Source of the DNA: Candidatus Omnitrophota bacterium
GTDB taxonomy: Bacteria; Omnitrophota; Omnitrophia; Omnitrophales; JACROU01
DNA: 64,000 nt
Assembly (NCBI GenBank): GCA_029261035.1
Contig: JAJDCD010000025.1
Coordinates: forward strand, 130,926 to 194,925
Direction: 5' to 3'
Made by a program: the position numbers and the translations under genes. Shown here one piece after another: positions 57,093-64,000 of this stretch. The notes under the pieces are model-generated. The model was not told the origin of the DNA. It ran no database searches and saw nothing but the letters and a program-made list of their open reading frames with translations. Position 1 is the first letter of the stretch. Each line of letters opens with the position of its first letter.

Positions 57093-58151
57093 TTACTTTT
57101 TATGCTCAGGAACAGCATCCAATATCTTCCGAACAATTTCCATGGATGTTATTCCTTCTGCATCAGCAGAAAAGTTAACCTTGATTCGGTGTCTAAGAAC
57201 AGAAGATGCAACAGCTCGTACATCTTCCGTTGAAACACAAAAATTTCCTTTAATTAATGCCCGTGCTTTTGCCGCTAACACCAAATTTAAAGAAGCTCTA
57301 GGACCCGCCCCCCACTCAACCCAATCATTAACAAAATCATACTTGTTTTCCTTAGAAGGACGTGTAGCAACAATAATATCAACAGCATAACGAAGCACAG
57401 AGTCAGAAATGAGCATTGCTCTTACCAGTTGCTGCAAATCAAGAATATCTTCTTTTGTAATAGTCTCTCTCACCTTACTCGTACTCGATTGAGTATACTT
57501 TTGAGTAATTTTCACTTCTTCATCATATTTTGGATAGTCAATAAACACATTAAACATAAAACGATCTAACTGAGCTTCAGGTAAAGAATAGACCCCTTCT
57601 TGATCAATTGGATTTTGTGTTGCCACTACAAAAAAAGGTTCTTCCAAAGAATAAGTTGTGTTTCCAACAGAAACTTCTTTATCTTGCATGGCTTGAAGAA
57701 GAGCTGATTGTGTCTTGGGAGAAGTTCTGTTAATTTCATCAGCCAAAAGAAAGTGACAAAAAATAGGCCCTTTTAAAAACTTCAAAATTCGTTGATTTGT
57801 CTCAGGATCTTCTTGAATAATTTCTGTTCCGATAATATCAGAGGGCATCAGGTCTGGGGTAAATTGAACCTGCTTAAAATTTAAGTTCATAATTCTAGAT
57901 AAGGTTCTGAAAATAAGGGTTTTTCCTAAACCTGGAACCCCCTCTAGAAGAACATTTCCTTTACATAAAATACAAATAATAATTAAATCGATAATTTCTT
58001 GTTGACCCACAATAACTCTGCCCATTTCCTGGCGAAGCTCATTATAAAATACTTTAATTTTATCGATGACTTCCTGGCCAGCTTCAGCAGAATCAGCTCC
58101 TTTAGAAAGTATAAATAATCTTTTTTTCTCTTCTTTGGAATCAGACATCAA
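57093..58151 (-). CDS. MoxR-family AAA+ ATPase
   Basis: Walker A GVPGLGKT, then FTPDLMPSDIIG, and ATQNP...QLDRF. Confidence 0.85.
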   Translation of the reverse strand: MMSDSKEEKKRLFILSKGADSAEAGQEVIDKIKVFYNELRQEMGRVIVGQQEIIDLIIICILCKGNVLLEGVPGLGKTLIFRTLSRIMNLNFKQVQFTPDLMPSDIIGTEIIQEDPETNQRILKFLKGPIFCHFLLADEINRTSPKTQSALLQAMQDKEVSVGNTTYSLEEPFFVVATQNPIDQEGVYSLPEAQLDRFMFNVFIDYPKYDEEVKITQKYTQSSTSKVRETITKEDILDLQQLVRAMLISDSVLRYAVDIIVATRPSKENKYDFVNDWVEWGAGPRASLNLVLAAKARALIKGNFCVSTEDVRAVASSVLRHRIKVNFSADAEGITSMEIVRKILDAVPEHKK

Positions 58152-58424
58152 AACACCCTCTTAAAATCGGTAACTTCAGTTATAAAAAATAGTTACACAG
58201 CATACTCAAACAGACGCATTTTACAGGTAAAAGCACCCTAACGCAACCAACAGTATATCTCAAAGAATAGCTTACTTCCTATAGAGGGGTATTTACTTGG
58301 CGCTCTTCGGTCACGTATCTAGTGTGCCGGGTCAAAAACCTGAGACACCATAGTCATAAATATAATATTTATTTATATTTTTATTAAATATTATTTAAAT
58401 ATTGGGGTGATTTAAAGTTTTTAC

Positions 58425-59171
58425 TCATTCACTTGAGGGGTCTTGAGGAACCAAAGGAACAAATCGTACAGGAAGGATTACTTTCTTTTTGACCTGATCT
58501 AGAGTCTTGGTCACTAAAATTAACTGCTGTCTCACATCCCCTACAGGAATAACCATCTTCCCACCCTTATCACTTAATTGCTCAATTAACGCCTCCGGAA
58601 TTTCTTCGGGTGCTGCCGTCACAATAATGGCATCAAATGGCTGCTCTTCAGGCCAGCCCTTATAACCATCACCTACTAAAATAGAAATATTTTTATATCC
58701 CATGGAGCTTAATAATGCTTCAGCATTTTTTGCTAATTCGGGAATAATCTCCATAGAATAAACGCGCTCAACAATCTCTGCAAGTACAGCCGCTTGATAA
58801 CCAGACCCCGTTCCAATTTCCAAAACTCTATCCGTGGGTTTCAGATCCAAAACTTGAGTCATCAGAGCAACAATATACGGCTGAGAAATCGTTTGTTCAT
58901 AACCTATCGAAAGAGGACCATCTATATAAGCCATTGATCTAAAAGATTCAGGAACAAACAAATGTCTCTGAACTACCTTCATCGCTTCCAAAACCCTTTC
59001 ATCACTTATGCCTCTTTCTTTTAAATGTTTCTTTAGCATGACTTTTCTCTCTTTATTTAACTGTTTACCCAAGTCAGGGTCGGCAGCAATAAAATCTTGC
59101 GTTTTAAAAGCAGCAAGGCCTGCAACAAAAATAAATACAACAATGACACCTAAAACTATTTTTTTCATCAC
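58425..59171 (-). CDS. pcm: Protein-L-isoaspartate O-methyltransferase with N-terminal signal/TM
   Basis: SIGYEQTISQPYIVALM...VLEIGTGSGYQAAVLA. The hydrophobic N-terminus is MMKKIVLGVIVVFIFVAGLAAF. Confidence 0.8.
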   Translation of the reverse strand: MMKKIVLGVIVVFIFVAGLAAFKTQDFIAADPDLGKQLNKERKVMLKKHLKERGISDERVLEAMKVVQRHLFVPESFRSMAYIDGPLSIGYEQTISQPYIVALMTQVLDLKPTDRVLEIGTGSGYQAAVLAEIVERVYSMEIIPELAKNAEALLSSMGYKNISILVGDGYKGWPEEQPFDAIIVTAAPEEIPEALIEQLSDKGGKMVIPVGDVRQQLILVTKTLDQVKKKVILPVRFVPLVPQDPSSE

Positions 59172-59189
59172 GATCCCTATCTCAAATCT

Positions 59190-60488
59190 TTAATGTTGCT
59201 TCACAAAGTAATAAACAGGAAGCCCTGTCAGCAACAAACATAACCCAATAAGCGACTCATATGGAAAAAAGAGCCACGTATTCAAAAACAAAGAGACACA
59301 CACCAACAAAAAAGCCAATGGAACCCAAGGGTACATTGGAACTCGGTATGGACGATCCATATCTGGGTATTTCTTCCTCAAACGAAAAAGCCCCCAAGTA
59401 ACTAAAATAAAACTTAGCCAAACAATCATCCCTGAAAAAAACAACAGCTTTTCAAAAGTTCCCAACACCACAAAAGTAATAGCCAGAACCATAATCATTC
59501 CAATAGACAAAGTTAATCTTTTTTTAGGGTACAAATTCTTTTGATGAATCCCGAAAACAGGATGATCCTCAACCAAAGCATAGGTGATTCTACCCCCTGT
59601 AATAATAGTACCATTCATCGTAGCTAAAGAGGCAATCAAAATAAACAGTTTTACAATAATTCCTCCTAGTTGTTTAAACACAATATTAACAACATCTTCG
59701 ATCACCAGAGGACTAGTAGCCATTTTATCAATCGGAATCAAATATAAATAAACCACATTCATGGCTAAGTACAAAAACGTTATAACACCTAAAGAAATCA
59801 TTAGAGCTTTAGGAATCAAAACAGAAGGGTTTCGGGTCTCTCCAGACAAAAAAGTATTTTCATGCCAACCACCAAAAGCCCACAGAATAGGAACGAGCGC
59901 CAGAAAAAAAGCTTGAAAAAAAGAAGTCTCTAAAACGTATGCTGTCGGGAGTAATCGAACCCAATCCCCTTTAGAAGAAAAACTACCCGCACCTATCAAA
60001 TAGAGCAATAATAAAACGGCACAAGTCACAACAACCCACTGAATCTTTTTGCCCATCGACAAACCAGATAGATTGAAAATACAAAGAAATGCAATAGAAC
60101 TGACTGCAATCCACTTCACAAAATAAGTATCTATGGAAAAAAGAGAACACGTTGCTTGTGCGGAAATAAAAGAAACGGCTGCAATGGATCCAGGTCGAAT
60201 AATCACCCACTCAACCCAACCATAAAGAAAGCTGACTAAAGGCCCAAAACTTTCCCTTAAATAAATATAATTTCCTCCAGACTTTGGAAAGGACGTAGCA
60301 AGCTCCGCATAACACAGGGCACCCAGAAAACAAATCCCCCCTCCCACGAGCCAAGCCAACAAAACCCAATGAGGTTGAGGTAAATAGTACGCCACCTGAG
60401 AAGGAACCTTAAAGATACCCACACCCACAACGATACCCACAACAATAATAACCGAATCCCAAAGCCCTAGAACTTTTTTATTTAGCAT
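59190..60488 (-). CDS. Amino acid permease (APC superfamily)
   Basis: 432 aa with 12 TM helices and an APC-type N-terminal pattern GGGICFLGALCYAELATSFPKSGG. Confidence 0.7.
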   Translation of the reverse strand: MLNKKVLGLWDSVIIVVGIVVGVGIFKVPSQVAYYLPQPHWVLLAWLVGGGICFLGALCYAELATSFPKSGGNYIYLRESFGPLVSFLYGWVEWVIIRPGSIAAVSFISAQATCSLFSIDTYFVKWIAVSSIAFLCIFNLSGLSMGKKIQWVVVTCAVLLLLYLIGAGSFSSKGDWVRLLPTAYVLETSFFQAFFLALVPILWAFGGWHENTFLSGETRNPSVLIPKALMISLGVITFLYLAMNVVYLYLIPIDKMATSPLVIEDVVNIVFKQLGGIIVKLFILIASLATMNGTIITGGRITYALVEDHPVFGIHQKNLYPKKRLTLSIGMIMVLAITFVVLGTFEKLLFFSGMIVWLSFILVTWGLFRLRKKYPDMDRPYRVPMYPWVPLAFLLVCVSLFLNTWLFFPYESLIGLCLLLTGLPVYYFVKQH

Positions 60489-60719
60489 TTACTTCAAACC
60501 TCCAAGAAAAAGCATTCTAACATTTTTTACTTTCAATAGGGAAAACTCCATGAAAGAAAAGTTCAAGCAGCTTAAAAAAAGATCTTAATAGATGAGACTC
60601 TCTAGTTTTTAAAATATGGGAAAATTTAATCGAATAAGAAGAAAAGATTTTATCTAACAGAAACTAACACTTCCATGTCATTAGCTTCTGCCAGACAAAA
60701 CCTAAAGGAAAGATAGAGC

Positions 60720-60995
60720 TTACTTATTAACTGCTTTTTTAAGATCAGATCCTGCAGAAAATGCTGGAACTTTTTTAGCAGCGATTTTGATACTTTGTCC
60801 TGTCTTAGGATTACGACCGGTGCGTGCTTTTCTTTTACGAACCAAAAAACTACCAAAACCAACTAATTGAACTCTGTTACCTTTTTTCAAAGATCCTTTA
60901 ATCGCATCAAAAGTAACATTCAGCGTTTCTAGAGCTTTAGCTTTAGAAATACCTGTTTTCTTAGCGATTTCTTGTGCAAGTTCTTGTTTATTCAT
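60720..60995 (-). CDS. hup: DNA-binding protein HU
   Basis: 91 aa: MNKQELAQEIAKKTGISKAKA...VQLVGFGSF...RNPKTGQSIKI. Confidence 0.85.
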   Translation of the reverse strand: MNKQELAQEIAKKTGISKAKALETLNVTFDAIKGSLKKGNRVQLVGFGSFLVRKRKARTGRNPKTGQSIKIAAKKVPAFSAGSDLKKAVNK

Positions 60996-61053
60996 TATAT
61001 TTCTCCTCCTTAGTTGTTGATATATTAACTAGGGCAAACGCCCTCAGTTAAAA

Positions 61054-62064
61054 TTAGCGATGAGCTTGAGTAACAATAAACTCCGGTCGTACTTTTCGAC
61101 TCATCAATGACTCTACGGCCTCTTCAGCCGACTTACCTTGAAACAGAACTTGGTAAATTTCTTGAGTAATTGGCATATCTACTTGATACTTCTTAGATAA
61201 CTCAATAGCAGCCTCCGTTGTTGGAACACCCTCGGCCACCATGTGCATCGACTCTAAAATCTCATCTAATGACTTTCCTTCCCCAATCAATGTACCTACT
61301 TTTAGATTTCTACCATAAGGAGAAAAACAAGTCGTAACTAAATCACCCATACCAGATAGCCCAAAAAAAGTATTCGCTTGAGCTCCCATACAAATCCCTA
61401 ACCGAGCAATCTCAATCATACCCCGAGTCATAACGGCTGCTTTAGCATTCTCACCCAGCTTCAAACCATTGATAATCCCAACAGCCAGCGCAATGACATT
61501 CTTAAAAGCACCTCCAAGCTCTACACCAATAACATCTTCAGACGTGTATATGCGGAAATGTTCATCAATAAAATTAGATTGTATAAATTGAGCGTACATC
61601 GGATTCGTACTTGCAGCAACTACGCATGTAGGTATTTTATGAGCCACTTCTTCTGCATGTGAAGGCCCTGAAAGAACAACAAGTTTTGCTTTTGGAAAAT
61701 GGGAAAGAATAATTTCGGAAGGACGAAAATTTGTTTTCTTCTCAATCCCTTTAGAAACACTGACAAGAGTTTTTTCATAAAACCACTCTTCATCACATTG
61801 ATATAGAACATTTCTTAAAAACTGAGTAGGAATTGCTGAAATAACAACATCCCCAAACTCAACAGCTTCTTTTAAATTAGATGAAATTTGAAGAGACTCT
61901 GGAAATGGAATGTTAGGGAGAAACTTTACGTTCTCTCTTTTCTTCTTTAATTCTTCTGCATACTCAGGAAAAGCACTCCAAATAAGCACTTCTTTTTTTT
62001 GACTTTCGAATAACAATGCGAGCGCTGTTCCCCAACCACCATCACCAAGAATTGTAACCTTCAA
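61054..62064 (-). CDS. gpsA: NAD(P)H-dependent glycerol-3-phosphate dehydrogenase
   Basis: MKVTILGDGGWGTALA... in a GpsA-length protein. Confidence 0.85.
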   Translation of the reverse strand: MKVTILGDGGWGTALALLFESQKKEVLIWSAFPEYAEELKKKRENVKFLPNIPFPESLQISSNLKEAVEFGDVVISAIPTQFLRNVLYQCDEEWFYEKTLVSVSKGIEKKTNFRPSEIILSHFPKAKLVVLSGPSHAEEVAHKIPTCVVAASTNPMYAQFIQSNFIDEHFRIYTSEDVIGVELGGAFKNVIALAVGIINGLKLGENAKAAVMTRGMIEIARLGICMGAQANTFFGLSGMGDLVTTCFSPYGRNLKVGTLIGEGKSLDEILESMHMVAEGVPTTEAAIELSKKYQVDMPITQEIYQVLFQGKSAEEAVESLMSRKVRPEFIVTQAHR

Positions 62065-62212
62065 TAGAAAACCCCAGTTTTATTAATCAGTTAACAACCA
62101 ATCGTTTGATAAGCCTTGTCCCACAAGGAATTACAAGAGGTCGTAGTATAACAAGCGCTCCAAGAAGGGTCAAAGGGTTTTTTGAGAAAAAACAAAAATA
62201 TTTTTAGAGCAT

Positions 62213-62620
62213 TTAATGACTCAAAATTTGACAAACTTCCTCAGGAATTCTCTTAGGTTTCATTTCTGAATTCACAAATACATGGCTCGAAGAACCTTCA
62301 GCGACTTTCCTCATCCCCTCCTTAAGAAACACCTCATAAGTGAATTTTAGAGAAGTTTTACCTATAAAATCAATAACAGTACGTATCACAATCAAATCAT
62401 CATAGCGTGTCGGAGCCAAATAGGTACAATCTACATTTACAACGGTCAAAAAATACCCCTGCTCTTCTAGTTCCGTATAAATAACTCCCTTGTCCCTAAA
62501 ATGCTCTGTCCTGGCAACTTCAAACCAAGTAAAATAATTCCCATAATAAGAAACCCCCATCTGATCCGTCTCAGCATACCGAACCCTAATCTCACAATCA
62601 AAAAATTCCTCCGCCATCAT
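62213..62620 (-). CDS. Acyl-CoA thioesterase, YbgC/4HBT family
   Basis: 135 aa hotdog fold: IRVRYAETDQMGVSYYGNYFTWFEVAR. Confidence 0.7.
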   Translation of the reverse strand: MMAEEFFDCEIRVRYAETDQMGVSYYGNYFTWFEVARTEHFRDKGVIYTELEEQGYFLTVVNVDCTYLAPTRYDDLIVIRTVIDFIGKTSLKFTYEVFLKEGMRKVAEGSSSHVFVNSEMKPKRIPEEVCQILSH

Positions 62621-62636
62621 TTTCTCCTTTCCTTAC

Positions 62637-62662
62637 TAGCGTTTAGCGTAGAGCGTATAGAC
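62637..62662. repeat. Heptad repeat tagcgttt-agcgtag-agcgtat (R4), paralogue of the nuoCD-nuoH spacer arms
   Basis: ctagcgtttagcgtagagcgtatag versus 18398-18420 gcatagcgtttagcgtatag. Confidence 0.55.
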
Positions 62663-62682
62663 TTCCTTTGTCTTATTAACCC

Positions 62683-62704
62683 GATCGTCACACACGTGAC
62701 GATA
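62683..62704. repeat. Palindrome atcgtcacacacgtgacgat (paralogue of 3173-3192)
   Basis: Same palindrome as 3173-3192 with one substitution. Confidence 0.55.
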
Positions 62705-62786
62705 CCACCTGAATCCTAAACCAACTTATCTGCACAATTAGGCATTTATCCCTGCAATTCTATAATCTTCCTGTAAACAATTAAAT

Positions 62787-62814
62787 GTTTCGTTATTTAG
62801 ACCAATAACGAAAC
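62787..62814. repeat. R5 hairpin repeat copy
   Basis: gtttcgttatt-tagacc-aataacgaaac, same stem as 27305-27333. Confidence 0.65.
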
Positions 62815-62822
62815 TCATTACA

Positions 62823-62860
62823 CCCAGGCAAAATAAGTGCTCGATGCACTTATTTTGGCA
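62823..62860. repeat. R2 hairpin repeat copy
   Basis: cccaggcaaaatAAGTGCtcgatGCACTTattttggcaaccc. Confidence 0.7.
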
Positions 62861-62898
62861 ACCCTCCACACCCCCCACTTGTATTAAAACACTTCAGG

Positions 62899-63000
62899 AG
62901 GAGGAAGGAATATTCCCCGCCGCGAGTTCACAAAAGGGACAGTCCCCAATGGGGACAATCCCTTTTGTGCTGTCTGAGCGCTGGGGAATATTCCTTCCGA
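62899..63000. repeat. R3 structured repeat copy with an inserted inner hairpin
   Basis: Perfect 16-bp outer stem ggaaggaatattcccc/ggggaatattccttcc encloses GCGAGTTcacaaaa, an inner hairpin gggacagtcccc-aat-ggggacaatccc, and ttttgtgcTGTCTGAGC. Confidence 0.75.
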
Positions 63001-63022
63001 CGACGAGCCCTTCACAACAACT

Positions 63023-63376
63023 CTAAACCTCTTTAAAGACCCGATATAACAACACTCCTGCAATAATCCCCAGACAATCAAACACCCCATCCCAAAAACT
63101 CATCATTCTTGTTGGGACAAAGTACTGATGAACCTCATCAGATACAGCATAAAGCACTGCCAAAACAATCCCTATAAAAATAAAGTCTGAAATCCAAGTT
63201 CTAAGAAAACGAAAAAATAAAATAGGCACAGGGATGTACAACAAAAAATGAAACAACTTGTCTATAAATGGAATAGGATTTTCAACAGGGGTAATAGGAA
63301 CACTAGAAAGGTAAAACAAAAAGGACAAATAGCCCAACAGAGGAATTACTGAGAAAAAGAGATAAGAAAGATTCAA
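63023..63376 (-). CDS. VanZ-like small membrane protein
   Basis: 117 aa with 4 TM helices. SDEVHQYFVPTR...D...G resembles the VanZ motif. Confidence 0.4.
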   Translation of the reverse strand: MNLSYLFFSVIPLLGYLSFLFYLSSVPITPVENPIPFIDKLFHFLLYIPVPILFFRFLRTWISDFIFIGIVLAVLYAVSDEVHQYFVPTRMMSFWDGVFDCLGIIAGVLLYRVFKEV

Positions 63377-63378
63377 GA

Positions 63379-63663
63379 TTAACTTTCTTGTTTTTTGGAA
63401 CTAGTCCCACACGCAGAAGCTGAAGGCTCTACTTTCTTGCTTTTCAAACCTTGATCTTCTTTAGCTTTCTTTTGATAATCTGAAGTTCTGTAATCTGTTT
63501 GGTAAAAACCTTTTCCTTTAAACAGAACTCCCCCACCCAAACTAATCAAACGCTTAACAGCGCCTTTACATTCCGAACATTCTGTAAGAGGTTCCGCAGT
63601 CATACTCTGGAATTGATCGAAACGAAAACCGCATTCTTGACACTCATATTCATATGTTGGCAA
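63379..63663 (-). CDS. FmdB-family zinc-ribbon protein
   Basis: MPTYEYECQECGFRF...CSECKG gives a CxxC...CxxC ribbon. Confidence 0.6.
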   Translation of the reverse strand: MPTYEYECQECGFRFDQFQSMTAEPLTECSECKGAVKRLISLGGGVLFKGKGFYQTDYRTSDYQKKAKEDQGLKSKKVEPSASACGTSSKKQES

Positions 63664-63683
63664 TTAAGTTCTCCTCAAATTCT

Positions 63684-64000
63684 TTACTTAAATGTATCTT
63701 TTAATTTATCCAAAAAGCCCTTAGAAACCTCTACATTTTCTTTTCTTTTTTGTGCTAATAAACAAATAATCTTTTTTTCTTCATCCGATAATTTTTTTGG
63801 AATTTCTATTTGGACACGAACCAACTCATCCCCACGACCTCCTCCATGCAAACGAGGTAAGCCCTTTTCTTTTAGACGAAAAATTTTAGCACTTTGTGTT
63901 CCTGAAGGAATCTTAAGTTTAACTTTCCCTTCCAAAGAAGGTACTTCAACAGAGCCTCCAACACAGGCTACCGTAAACGGAATTTCCACATCACACAAAA
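63684..64000 (-). CDS. DnaJ/CbpA-type co-chaperone, C-terminal domain (partial; N-terminus beyond window end)
   Basis: A reading frame is open to the window edge. The DnaJ C-domain pattern ...VPSLEGKVKLKIPSGTQSAKIFRLKEKGLPRLHGGGRGDELVRVQIEIP. Confidence 0.5.
   Translation of the reverse strand, partial: LCDVEIPFTVACVGGSVEVPSLEGKVKLKIPSGTQSAKIFRLKEKGLPRLHGGGRGDELVRVQIEIPKKLSDEEKKIICLLAQKRKENVEVSKGFLDKLKDTFK

Noticed and set aside
58152-58424. Possible small RNA (SRP/6S-like) in the 270-bp spacer upstream of moxR
   Set aside because: I could not find the conserved SRP domain-IV or 6S motifs or a convincing extended structure. It is more likely the promoter/leader of the MoxR operon.
62844-63090. 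ORFs 62844-63026 (+) and 62884-63090 (-)
   Set aside because: They span the R3 repeat copy and overlap the VanZ-like gene. No coding signal.

Overview
This 64-kb window is a densely coding, AT-rich bacterial chromosome segment with about 50 protein genes. I could support no rRNA or tRNA, no transposase or integrase, and no CRISPR array. Almost every gene from ~9.4 to ~40.5 kb, and most of 46-64 kb, lies on the minus strand.

Gene content in order:
- ETF-ubiquinone oxidoreductase, a class-V aminotransferase and a SpoU-family RNA methyltransferase.
- Two adjacent lysine-rich histone-H1/Hc-like genes.
- A lexA, small-ORF, dinB SOS cassette with a GAAC-N4-GTTC LexA box.
- A secreted thermonuclease and a GT2/21-like membrane glycosyltransferase.
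- An 11-subunit nuo operon (nuoA, B, fused CD, H, I, J, K, L, M, N) with no nuoE/F/G.
- A Wzx-like flippase, a FIST-domain protein, an Nfu Fe-S scaffold and MgtE.
- A c-di-AMP module: CdaA with a YbbR-like C-terminal extension, a DHH phosphoesterase and a receiver-YvcK fusion.
- A GT2-synthase exopolysaccharide locus: WecB, a TPR/beta-barrel exporter, a BcsB-like protein, a processive GT2, a deacetylase-like protein, a degenerate-GGDEF/I-site membrane receptor and a GH8 hydrolase.
- A ClpX paralogue without a zinc finger, YjbQ, inositol-3-phosphate synthase, a CYTH protein, an AlkD-like glycosylase, DoxX and an HI0933-type flavoprotein.
- A ~12-kb MoxR / DUF58 / vWA 'Bat-like' operon ending in a small membrane protein and a stand-alone receiver.
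- Pcm, an amino-acid permease, HU, GpsA, a YbgC thioesterase, a VanZ-like protein, an FmdB zinc ribbon and a partial DnaJ.

The most unusual non-coding content is a modular family of structured intergenic repeats. It pairs a conserved 'AAGTGCTCGATGCACTT' hairpin with a 'GCGAGTT...TGTCTGAGC' hairpin whose outer stems show compensatory changes. It sits at four loci. The window also holds a palindromic 'GGATCCCCGA...TCGGGGATGACAA' element bracketing the ETF-QO gene, and tandem or inverted heptanucleotide arrays inside operon spacers (lexA/dinB and nuoCD/nuoH).
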